Source of the DNA: Hormiphora californensis
Taxonomy: Eukaryota; Animalia; Ctenophora
DNA length: 64,000 nucleotides
NCBI GenBank assembly: GCA_020137815.1
Contig: CM035350.1
Location: 9,176,001-9,240,000, forward strand
Direction of reading: 5' to 3'
In this document: positions 45,676 through 62,072 of the stretch, piece after piece
Position numbering within the stretch: the first letter of the stretch is position 1
How the letters are laid out: the number at the start of each line of letters is the position of its first letter
Notes under the pieces: model-generated
Told to the model about the DNA's origin: nothing
Database searches by the model: none
Seen by the model: only the letters and a program-made list of their open reading frames with translations
Translations under genes and position numbers: made by a program

Positions 45676-46518
45676 GAACAGGGAATTGGAAGGGGTTGGT
45701 GGTTAGTAATAGTATCAGGATGGGTTAGGGGTTAGTAGATAAATGGGCATTGGAGGTCCACAGGTGGCTGGAATGGTGCCTGTTTCCACGGAGTAACCTA
45801 AGCCAGGAAGGCGGGGGGTAGACATAGTAGTTGGCGATGATACACTGTGGGCGCGCCTAGCCAAGAAATCTTTTTGGTTTTTTGTTATTTTTATGATTTT
45901 TTTTCCGTATTTTTGATACACAGCCACGCTTAGCCACGGCCCACAACTGCCTGAAAATCGAATCAATGGGGGAAAAAAAGGGGATGGGGAAAAGGTACTC
46001 CTGTGACCCTGTGCCCGGGGAAAACCGATAGGTAGGTGGTGGCAGGGGACAATCTCTCCTCTCTCGTCTCTCTCTCCTCTCCTCTGACTCCTCTCTCTGC
46101 CTCCCTCTCCTCTTCTTCTCTACTCTTCTCTCTCTCTTTCATCTCTCTTCTCTCTTCTCTCTTCTCTCCTCTCTCTGCCTCCCTCTCTCCCTCTCCATTT
46201 ATAAAGTATAAAATGCGAGGTAAATGTCTTCTGGAGACGGTATCCCACAAAAGTTTTGTGACACGTTTCGGGATATCTACCTGCCAAGGATATAGGAAAA
46301 CAAGGCATTGGAAGAATATTTTGGAAATAATGAGATTGGAAAATTATTATGCAGTCTACCATGCCGGAATATTAAAACTAATAAAGGGACCGGAGACAGG
46401 GCCTCCCGATTATTTGCAGAAGTACTATAGCTCATGGACGTCAGTAGGGCTGCTTCTATACAGTAGTCACTACCGGGCAGTGAGAGAGAATGCGAAAGAG
46501 AGAATGCGAAAGAGAGAG

Positions 46519-46576
<58 letters not shown>

Positions 46577-46703
46577 AGAAAATGGCATTAAAAAGCAAAC
46601 AGCTGGACATTTTAAAAGAAAAGTGGCAATGTTTTATAGGTTGTGAGCTGTGAGAGCTTATAGTGCATCGGCACAGGCTTGAAGGTCATCGCTTAAAGTG
46701 AGT

Positions 46704-46768
<65 letters not shown>

Positions 46769-47425
46769 GAGAGAGAGAGAAGAGAGAGGAGAAGAGAGAG
46801 GAGAGAGAGAGAGAGAGAGAGCAGTAAAGAAAGAAAGGGGGAAGTGAGCAATGACCATGCTCATAAATGCGTCATTTCTGTAAATAATTCAGGCAGCACC
46901 AGCGGATAAAGCTATGGAGGGAGGCTGCAAAATAAGAGCAAGAAAAGACAGAGGGTGGCAAAGGAGGAGAGAAAGAGAAGGAGAGATTTGAGAAGGAGAG
47001 AAGGGGGCAAGGCAATAACCAATATTACACGATGAATATTTATAGGACATCAATATGCCGAATACGGCTGAATGAATGAGAATGAAAATGAAAAGAAAAT
47101 TGGTCGAGCGAACATCTAGAGTAAAGAAAGGCCGGCAATTTTTCTTTTGAAAAGCAGCGTTTTATATCAGCTTCAATAAATTTAATTTCCCATGATAACT
47201 TAATTTCATATTACAATGTAAATCTCAGGCAATTCCGATTATTATCTGTGAGCTAAATCAAACGCAATTTTTTCCCGCGAGTAAAAATAAAATTAAAAAA
47301 ACTTTTAAGGGATTTATTACTTTATTACTTTATTGTAGTGTGAATATATCCCAATTTTCCCGCAGCTGCTACTAGCATAATAACTGGTCCCTGTCAGTAA
47401 CTAAGTTACCCCTCCCCCTTGCCAG

Positions 47426-51450
<4,025 letters not shown>

Positions 51451-51921
51451 TTATAGAATGTTTACTATGAAAGGAGTTCTAGAATAAGATGATACAGCTG
51501 GTAGAGAGAAACTCAGAAAGATATATTTAGAGAACGAGAACGATTTAAAAGGTAGAGAGATTGTAAATTAAGTTTTTAATCGACTTTCAAATTTATTTAT
51601 ATCCATTTCACACAGAGACATAAGTTATTGTTTTCCACTAATTATAATCCCCTAATATATAGCTGATATTAATCCGCCCATCAGTGTAGTAGTAAATTAG
51701 CTCTTTTCAGAGGCAGAGATAGGTAGAATTATTTGATTTAGAGTGTCCTACAAGAGACAGTGTATTCTTTGGAGGTATATTTGTAGACGGAGTGTTAATG
51801 TGTATGCTCGCAATTTCTTTCAGTACTCCAACAACAATGGGTACAAACAGTAAATACAGTTTATTTAATATTTCCCCCTCCGTGACTGAACCTCCCGGTG
51901 ACGCCCTCCCGCCCCCTACTA

Positions 51922-52637
51922 CAGCTCTCAGTCACCCAGCTCCCTCAGTCACCCAGCTCCCTCAGTCACCCAGCTCCCTGAGTCACCCAGCTCTCTCAGT
52001 CACCCAGCTCCCTCCGTCACCCTCCTCCCTCAGTCACTCAGCTCCCTCAGTCACCCAGCTCCCTCAGTCATCCTCCTCCCTCAGTCACCCAGCTCCCTCA
52101 GTCACCCTCCTCCCTCAGTCACCCTCCTCCTTCAGTCACCCAGCTCCCTCAGTCACCTAGCTCCCACAGTCACCCAACTCCCTCAGTCACCCAGCTCCCT
52201 CAGTCACCCAGCTCCCTCAGTCACCCAGCTCCCACAGTCACCCAACTCCCTCAGTCACCCTCCTCCCTCAGTCAGCCAGCTCCCTCAGCCACCCACCTCC
52301 CTCAGTCAGCCAGCTCGCTCAGCCACCCAGCTCGCTCAGTCACCCACCTCCCTCAGTCAGCCAGCTCCCTCAGTCAACCTCCTCCCTCAGTCACCCAGCT
52401 CCCTCAGTCACCCAGCTCCCTCAGTCACCCAGCTCTCTCAGTCACCCAGCTCCCTCAGTCACCCAGCTCCCTCAGTCACCCAGCTCCCTCAGTCACCCTC
52501 CTCCCTCAGTCACCCAGCTCCCTCAGTCACCCTCCTCCCTCCGTCACCCAGCTCCCTCAGCCACCCAGCTCCCTCAGTCACCCAGCTCCCTCAGTCACCC
52601 AGCTCCCTGAGTTACCCAGCTCCCTCAGTCACCCTCC
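51922..52637. repeat. 17-bp minisatellite (~42 units)
   Basis: Unit cagtcacccagctccct with 16-bp variants. Confidence 0.93.
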
Positions 52638-53535
52638 CGTGACTACTTAACTGTCCTTTCCAATACAGCTTATCAGGAAGAAAATACTGATCGGATTGGC
52701 GTCAAGAAAGTGATTTGGTACGCTACCATACAAATGTTTGTCAGAGCTGATGCACATTCCCTTAATGGTATAAACAGGGTAACTTGAAGTTACTTCCCCT
52801 CCCCTAATACTCTATAACAGTTTACTTTACAACTGCCCCCCCCCCTCACATATATATTTTAAATTATACAAATTAAAAACAACGGAAGTTTTTAAGGTCT
52901 ATATTTTTCCAAAATATTTCAACGAACCACCCCCTACCAGGTACGTTTCACTCTGGGTAATCATTGCCCTTATTCGTACTGGGAACCTAACTACAAAGTA
53001 ACTTAGAACTGGGAGATGGATCAGAGGACACTGGAAGTGGATGCTGTAAGTGTGTTTGTCTGTGTTTGTCCGTAGCTATTCAGTCAGTATATTTCGCAGT
53101 GCAATGTTTCAAAACTCTCATTGCGACGATGCATCATTCCTTGCGTTCACCACCACGTCCCTTGAGTCAATCAGAATTGGAAATACCATTACAGTTTGTG
53201 GTAAAATTTTGATAAGAAGAAATGTTATTACAATACAATTCAATTGCAATGCATCACTCAAACATTCTTGAGAACATATCTCAAATCAATAATTGTCTTC
53301 TGCATTCATAAATCTGGTCCCTGTCGTGTAGATTTGATGGGAAAATCATTTTACTTAGAAGGTTTTATTCGAACATTTCTAAGAAAACCCACGAAGCTAG
53401 CTCCCAGATAAAATTAAGAGCATCCAGGGTCCCAAATAAAGGGATCTACCCTCTCTACCGTAATCTGCTCCCACCAAGTCTTGTTGAGTAACTCAGCAAA
53501 CCAAGTCGCTGTCAGTTTGAACACTCGATCCTGGC

Positions 53536-54624
53536 TCACCTGTCATAAGATAAGTTAACTCTGAGACGTCTGGCTGGAGGAGGGAGTGCCGGGGGGTCAT
53601 TGTTGAAACGAACCATTTCAAAACTGCCCCCTGACAAGCTTGAGGTTGAGCTGTAGGTGCCCGTGCTGGGTCCATTGACAGTCCAGTAAAACCACTCATA
53701 ACAGTCCAACAGGCGGATAAGAAACCGCACCAGGATACCCCGGACAAACACTTTGAACTCCCTGTCAATTAGAGCATAGATAAAGGGGTTTAGGACGATG
53801 TTAACTGATACCGCATACATTGATATCAACCTGTGTCCAGGGCTAGTCAATATCCCCGCCATTTGTAAGGACAAACGGGATGTAGGAGATAAGGAAAGCG
53901 AGGGAGATGGTGGTAATGATAAGGGTTGCTTTCTTGTACGGTGCACTACCGCTCTTCTTCCGACAGTATATCCTCAAATAGCACCAGCAGTCAGACTATT
54001 TAGTAGGACAGTCAGGAATACTGGGATGACGATGCTGTAGAATATTAGAATTTTCCGGAGGACCAACTCGTTCTTCTTGGCCACGCAACACAGCACCTCA
54101 GGTACAAAGGTGGTGATTGTCTGGGGGTGGATGTGGTAGAAGGTGTTTAGGAGGACGTCGTGCACGAACACTCCCAGTACCACCCACCGGGTGTACCGGG
54201 CATTATTGAGGGATCTGGGACTGCCCGGGTTGTGTATAAACCACACCCTGTAGGCGGATAGCATCAGGACACAATGGATCTCATTAACTGCGAAGATGGT
54301 GGCCACTATCTGGTCCAGGAGACAGAAGGTACTGCCAAAGGTCCAACGTTGGGCAGATAGGGCCACAAGGGAGGGAAAGAACTGGAAGATGGTATAGAAA
54401 ATGTCCGTTATGGCCAAGTTTTGGAGGATTATACGGGAGGTGATATCTATTTTCATCACTTTAGGGTCTCTGAATCCCAGGAGGACCAGAGCGTTTCCAC
54501 AAACACCCACAATTAAGATGAGGACGTTGTAGGTTTTCAAAAAGGCCACCCCACCAGGATCGATACCCATATCGGTAAAGTTCACATAGGCAGTCTCTAT
54601 CTCTGTTTCGTCTGTCAGGAACAT
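53536..54624 (-). pseudogene. Intronless rhodopsin-class GPCR with two compensating frameshifts (pseudogene or assembly error)
   Basis: TM1 GN, TM2 NLAITD, WTFG..FC, TM3 SAYR, TM7 NPFIY and helix 8 DREFK are in one frame. TM6 (KKATLIITTISLAFLISYIPFVL) lies in a shifted frame between ~53990 and ~53870. Confidence 0.8.
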
Positions 54625-55124
54625 GGTCTATATCTAGGGATTAGAAAGGGGGATTATAGAACATTTCACAGGGAGCAGGGTAGCCAAATAATTTGATAAC
54701 AAGCTAAAGTATTGTTATAAGCTAAAGTATTGTTTATCAAACTGGTCTAACAAAAGAATATGCAATAGGTGTTAGAATTATGATTAGATAGTTTTAACTT
54801 GGCTGCAGTACAAGCTGTGCTGCATGGCGACTAGAGTCTAGTCGCCATGCAGCACAGCTTGTCTAGTCACTAGACAATATTACATTCTCTTATTATAGTA
54901 CTTAGTAGTCGGAATTAATGAATATAAGGGAGCTTAGAAACTGTCAAAAATGTCAAAATTAAATTCAAAAGGGATTCAATTTTGCAATTTTTCAACAGGG
55001 CAGTAAGAGTATAGAGCAGTAGAGTAATGTTAATCAACTTGTAGTTTAGTTTGCGTGAGTCCAGAGAATATGATGATGCGTGAGGGCCGAGGGAAAATGC
55101 TATTTAGTAGCGGAATGTAGGTTA

Positions 55125-55255
55125 AAAAATGTTTCCTATATTTTAGTATTATATTGGAATGTAGTTTAAACTGGAGAAAATGTTTCCTATATTTTAGGGG
55201 GATATGTTTCCTATATTTTAGGGGGGAATGTTTCCTATATTTTAGGGGGAAATGT
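55125..55255. repeat. ~22-bp direct repeats (4x tgtttcctatattttag)
   Basis: Direct inspection. Confidence 0.75.
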
Positions 55256-55721
55256 CAAACTCGGCCTGCCTGTGCACAAGCAGCACAAGCACAAGCAGGT
55301 TGAGTTTGACAATGTGCTGACAGCACGAATTGATTTGTCGCCGGCCGTAGTAACAATTTTAACTAACTTGTCACCCATTCCCATATTTTTATGAGAGCTT
55401 TGGCAGCGAATGAGAGGCGAGAGCTACGCAACGCGTGTATTGGTAGGTTCCAACAAGTTTTACCTACCATAGCCTCCCTTTATCTTTCAGTTGGAATTAG
55501 TTGGATATTGGAGAACTCTAAACCCACTCTAAATCATATCAACGCTCATTCCCAATCATTCTCTCAATAGTTGTATAGTAATGAAAAGTCTAATAACAAT
55601 AACGATACAAGGAGATGATGATAGATGTGGAAAGAATGAAAGCTATAAGATGATAGGTGTGGAAAGAATGAAAGCTATAAGATCATTATAACACCTTGTT
55701 GTCGCTCACAGCATGATAACA

Positions 55722-55908
55722 TACATACCCAGCCTCTATCTAGTATACCCATTACCCAGGCATCTCTCTCTAGCATACCCGGCCTCTCTCTCTCTAGCAT
55801 ACCCGGCATCTCTCTCTAGCATACCCGGCCTCTATCTCTCTAGCATACCCGGCCTCTATAACTCTCTCTCTAGCATACCCGGCCTCTCTCTCTAGCATAC
55901 CCGGCCTC
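55722..55908. repeat. ~22-bp tandem repeat (ctctctagcatacccggc, ~7x)
   Basis: Direct inspection. Confidence 0.85.
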
Positions 55909-56980
55909 AGATGTGATCGCTAGCATTGCATACCCGACCTTCGATCTCTTCGAGCCCACATTCTCTCTCTACTCCTGCTTTTTTCAATCTATCAAGTCGA
56001 TCAGAGGGCTGTTAATCAGTCCTGTGACCTTTGTGGAGTCAACACTCAACAAGAGAGCAACGTGTGTGACAAGAGAGGTATTATAGTGCCTATAGTGAAT
56101 GGAGCATGTCCTGCTGGACGGGATCCAAACAATCAGAATAATTTGGTGTCTGTCTCAAATAGGATGGAGACTCAATCAAATTAATAGTGCGTTCCCACGA
56201 CCTCAAGAAATTTGAATTATCTCGTGAGTCCTTATAAGACTTAAAGCTTCCTTCCTGTCAGGAGCGGGGAGTGAGGCATCATGATGCATTACGTCACCCG
56301 CCACAGTCTCTCTAGATTAGAGGATGCCTAAATTGCACAAGCAGGTATCAGGGTTGACGGGTAAATGTCAAGAGATCAATAAAGTGTTACAGTTCTTGGG
56401 CCTTGCAAGGCCTTGGCTGTTGCTGTTGGGATTATGAACGCTAAAACCGCGAAATTTTTACAGTTGCAAGGTCAAATGGTTGTCTGATTTGAGTTGATTG
56501 ATCAGGCACTGACTGTAACATCACGCGGAGAAGTCAGTCTTATATGAGACAAATAGTATGCATCTAAGTTTCAAATACAGCTATTTATTAAACTTTTACT
56601 ATGAGTCTGACGTAGGATCAGCCCATTTAATTTTGCATTTTATCCCCCGCCCACCCAAGAAGTTTTCAGACTCCGGCTATCAGTATGGTTTTGTCATTTG
56701 TGTAATGAGCTGGATATGTAAATTGTTCATTGAACGAATATTCTTCATCTATGAAACCAAACGAAAATAGAAGCTAGGTACTGCTAGACTTCAACCTATT
56801 GATTGTCATAGCTACTAGAGGGTTGACATGTAATATTTCATTGCTAAATGGGGACAGTAAATATAGAGAGCACCAACCTCCACATGCACAGCATGACACC
56901 GGGACGACACCCCCATCCTACTACCACGACACATATCAAGTTCCATAACTCAGAATTTATAGTTCTGAGCACTAGCAGAT

Positions 56981-58332
56981 ATATGTGCTATAACACCGGT
57001 GTGTATCTGTATATCGCGCCCCGCGCGGGGTGCGATATGCACGCATATCGGCTCCTTGCGGAGCAAGGAGACGATATGCAATATATCGCCCCGAACGTAG
57101 TGAGGGCGATATATTTGATACACATAAGGTGTTATAGCATATAACGCCCACTGCAAGCAAGGAGAGAACAACACTAATCCCCTTTCAAGTTTTTCAACTC
57201 AATTTGACAAACTATTGAACGTCATCAAAGTTTCACAGTTCAGCAACAAACAATTACACAGAGAGAGACAGGCAACACAACTCATGCCAATCCTTCAAAT
57301 ATGTTCCCTTTTCAACTCCAGATCACATGTCTAGACACTCACACACACACAAGCGAACTATTGGGTGCTAATTAAATAGAGAGAGATACGGATTACCAGT
57401 GTCTCTCTTGTCTCTCTCTCTTGTCGCCATTCTGCCGCCCCTTGTTGTGTCAATCTCCCTTTCTTTTTGCAACAATGTGTACACAACAGTACACACACAC
57501 ATAAGAAAGGATTTCACACCTTTTTTGAATGAACTCTTGTGTGTAATAAACTACACTTTTGGAGCGTGTGATATGAGATTTATCATCTCGGATGCAGTCA
57601 TATCAGCCCGCTACCGCGCGGGTGATATTTGTCTAAAAAAAGCGCAGTGGGCGTTATATGTGCTATAACACCGGTGTGTATCTGTATATCGCGCCCCGCG
57701 CGGGGTGCGATATGCACGCATATCGGCTCCTTGCGGAGCAAGGAGACGATATGCAATATATCGCCCCGAACGTAGTGAGGGCGATATATTTGATACACAT
57801 AAGGTGTTATAGCATATAACGCCCACTGCAAGCAAGGAGAGAACAACACTAATCCCCTTTCAAGTTTTTCAACTCAATTTGACAAACTATTCAACATCAT
57901 CAAAGTTTCACAGTTCAACAACAAATAATGACACAGCGAGAGAGAGGCAACACAACTCATGTCAACCCTTCAAATATGTTCCCTTTTCAATTCCAGACAT
58001 GTCTAGACACTCACACACACACAAGCGAACTATTGGGTGCTAATTAAATAGAGAGAGATAACGATTACCAATGTCTCTCTTGTCTCTCTCTCTCTTGTCG
58101 CCATTCTGTCGCCCCTTGTTGTGTCAATCTCTCTTTCTCTTTGAAACAGTGTGTACACAACAGTACACACACACAAAAGAAAGAGTTTTCACACCTTTTT
58201 GGGTGAATTCTTGCGTGTAATAAATTGCACTTTTAGAGCGGGAGTTATGAGATTTATCACCTCGGATTCAGTCATATCAGCCCGCTACCGCGCGGGTGAT
58301 ATTTGTCTAAAAAAAGCGCAGTGGGCGTTATA
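56981..58332. mobile_element. ~675-bp tandem duplication built from two TA-joined TIR modules (A-B-A-B)
   Basis: A: tgctataacacc...ggtgttatagca (~155 bp). B: tataacgcccactgc...gcagtgggcgttata (~520 bp). ORF calls repeat with a 675-bp offset. Confidence 0.8.
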
Positions 58333-58813
58333 TCTAAAGAGGGCATTCTTGAAATTATCGAGGGGGGGGGGGGCAGTGCCGGGCACTTATCCCAGCTCAG
58401 ACAGATAGATAGATTGCAATTGACAAACCCTCTAAGAAAAATAAAAAGTGGTGGGTAAGATTGTTAGTTCACCCTGTACCGTTTTCCTGCGTTATCCATC
58501 GCGTGATTCAATCACTACAGCTACAGCTAACTACTCTCTGGGCAGTTCGCTTTACAAAAAAGCAATCACTGCTAGCTTTTTTTGGACCGTAAACCGATCA
58601 GTGAGTAGTTGTAGTTGAAAATGAAAGAGATATCTACGAGCCAGATGCAGCGATGTAAAAATAATCGGGGAAGAAAAATGACAATGGGGCAGGGAAGAAA
58701 ATAGGGGCAGCAAGGAAATAATTTCCATCCAAGGTAGAACAAAAATAATTTTCTAACTACATAAATGATGGTTACTGGTTAGTCCGTAGGTGGGAGATCG
58801 AGATTGGGGGACT

Positions 58814-58879
<66 letters not shown>

Positions 58880-61393
58880 GAGCAAAGAGAGAGAGCAAGG
58901 AGAGTCCAATCTCTCTCTCTCTCTCATCTCTCTCCTCCTCATCTCTCTCTCTCTCTCTCTCATCCTCTCTCTCTTCTCTCTCTCTCTCTCATCATCTCTC
59001 TCTCTCTCGTCTCTCTCTCCTCTCCTCCTCCTCCCCCTCCTCCGGCCTTCTTCCATCCGTCCTTCCCCGTAAGTAGGACCATCGGGGTATTATTTTTACG
59101 AGAGAGCAGAATTCAGACCCATATCACCAGCTGCTTCAGTCATGGTGCAGCTGGTGTATCTCTCTCTGATGTTTTCTCTCTCTGTCTCCATCCCTCTTTA
59201 GTATCAGTGTGTATGAAAAACAAAGGAATCCTAAAAGCGTGCATACATTTGGAAACACGGAATCCCCTTGGTAACGCAATTATCCCTACCTTGCGGGCAC
59301 GCTAAAACGTACCTTACTACTAATACTATACCGCAATGCTCTAGCCTGTAGAGGGGTAATTTCGTTACCAAGGAATCTCCTAGCTCCTTAACGATGGTAG
59401 CAGCCTGACCGAGTTTGAAATAAAAAGGCATAACTACACGGCGGCGGGTTAGTTGAGCAGCATTTCTTGTGTTTGAGTAGTAGACATATTACAGAGCTCT
59501 AATACGAGTTCTGTAGTACAGAAAGTAGCTCCAAGTAGGGAGTGGGGGAAAGCAATCAACTACTTAGTCTACTGCAACACAGTATGCATGTGTTATATAT
59601 TTTGGGTGAGACTAGGTACTTAATCTTATATTGAGCCAGTTTCTTTCGAATTTTCGCAAATGCTGTGGGCGTTTTTTTTTAAAGAGAGAAAAACATGGAG
59701 AGATGAACATCTTTAAGAGCATTTTAATCACCTCTAAGGCTATGCATTACTAATGTCATTAGCCCATAAAACGTGAGAGGTGAGCTCTTCCTGAGATAAT
59801 AGGAGAGGGACAATATATCACTAGTGACTTTGTGCCCTTTGTTGAGCCTTTAACCCTTTGAGGCCCAGAGGGTCATATATGTCCAAAAGGGTATGTGGCA
59901 TATATAGGGCTAGAGACAATACACGCCGCATATATTGTTGTGTTAAACTAGGTCTCACTCCCTCTCCCAATAACATGACCACCCCCCAATAAACCTATCT
60001 AGAGCTATAACATACTAATGTCAATGAAAAAGAGCTGAGCGTGTAATCAGATGCAGGTGCCCAGGCAGGTGGGAGGAGCTCAGACAACGGCAAATTATTG
60101 AGGGAGAGGTGTGCACAGAATTATCTCTACACTAAGAATCCAACAGCCAAGCTGTCGGGCGGTGCCAGACCCCGATTTGATTCTCAAATGGGACAGTGCG
60201 CTCAGATAGGGTCTGCGGCACCAGACAACAGCCAAGGGTAGGGAAGGAGGGGGTACAGGGCTCATGAATTAGACAGTGCAATTTTGTGAGGGGGGGGGGG
60301 GGAAGGGTAGTGTATTATGGAAATTGGAAGGTCGTGGAAGTAACTAATACCAATAATAGTATAACATCACTTTGGCCGCGAACAGTAACACAGAGGGAGG
60401 AGGGACACGACGTGGCTAAAATATCGCCCCTATCATTGATACCACTGTATTTTTAGAGGCAAAATATCGGACAAGTTGGATTTGCAGGGACTGTGTAACT
60501 ACAGCCAATATAATTTTATAGGATTTTTAGAACACAACATTTTTTATTGTACGCTCTCTCTCTCTTTCTCTCACAAACTTGGTCGTAGAAGTAAATCTCG
60601 CTACTCTAGCTAATCACTCTCGTAAACTGTCACAAAATGTCTGCTGCAGCAGTAGTTGTAGAGACAAATGTAGAAAGTACAGGTAGTACACATAACAAAC
60701 TCTCTCGCTCTGAATCAGGTCACTGGAAAGCGAAATAAAACAACTATCGACTTGAAATAATGTTTAGTCTCATCTTCCACCCCTCTGTCATCACTCGGTT
60801 TAGAAAAATACTCCCTCTCTCTCTCTGTTTCTTTAGTTTTTTGTTTTTTCAGGGACATGTACAAGATAACAGATACTGTACAGAACTACTCACAATATCG
60901 TCTATAACTGGTTATATAACTAACAACTAATACTTTTGCAAACCCTCTCTTGTTGTGTACTTTATATAAAACACCCGATACACAGATACAAGAAAAAGTA
61001 AGATATAAGTTGTTGTACAACAAAAAGGTAGGTTTGTTTGGTAAACTAGAGGATATTAACGATAGCTGTCAGAAGCAAAGGGCCAATATTAGTAGTGTAA
61101 AACAAGAACCCTGCTCTTCCCTTAGTGATTGTAACAATCTCACTTTACTGAGCAGAGTGAGCTGCCATACAGCTGTGTGTGGCCCCCTGCAGCTGGTAAC
61201 AAGTTGACAATATCTTCTAGTTTACTGAATGTTCTTCTCAGCATAACAATATCAAAAACACAAATAATAATAATAATAACGTCAATAATAAATAGTACGA
61301 TCCTTTCTGAAATTAGTATTGCACACCTCCTTAGCACCTCTCTCTCTCTGTATCATGATAGAGAGGTGTGTGGGCTAAGAGTCTCTGTCGGGA

Positions 61394-61436
<43 letters not shown>

Positions 61437-61678
61437 ATCTCTCTCTCCTCTCTCTCTCTCTCTCTTCTCTCCTCTCTCTCTCTTCTCTCTCCTCCTCCTC
61501 TCTCTCTCTCTTCTCGCATCCTCTCCGCTCTCTGTCTCTCTCGCTCTCTCCCGTCTCTCTCTCTTCGTCTCTCTGTGGCTGCTCTGCGTATTCCCCTCTC
61601 TCTCTCTCGCTCTCCTCTCCTCCTCCCCGCTTCTCTCCTCTGTCTCTCGATTGGAGGGTTGGGCTAAGTGTCTGTCGG

Positions 61679-61717
<39 letters not shown>

Positions 61718-62072
61718 CTCTTCTCCGTTCTGCTCATCTGTGGCGATCCTCTCTTGGTCTCGTCTGCGTTACTCCTCTCTCTGCCTCTCCCGTATCTCCC
61801 TCGGGGTTCTCCACGCTCTCGTCTTCAGTCCTTCTCTCTCGAATCTTGCTGGCTCTCGGGCGCGCTGGCCTTGGTCTCCTCGCCTCTCGCTTCGCTCTCG
61901 GTCTCCTACTTCGGGATCTCTGGCTTTTTCTGTCTTCTTTCTCAGTCTCTAAATGTCTCTCGTGGTGTTTCTCGTCTCTCTCTTCTGTGCATCGTCCTCT
62001 CTCCTGTGGCCATATCCTCTCCTGTCATCTCATCCCTCTCTCTGGTCACTATCCCTCTCCCTTGATATTTCT

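Noticed and set aside
51792-52160. Pro/Ser-rich ORF
   Set aside because: Runs into a 17-bp (non-triplet) minisatellite; no splice or codon evidence.
53974-53976. In-frame TGA in the GPCR as selenocysteine or readthrough
   Set aside because: Readthrough would give a non-membrane segment; the real TM6 is in another frame, so frameshifts explain it.
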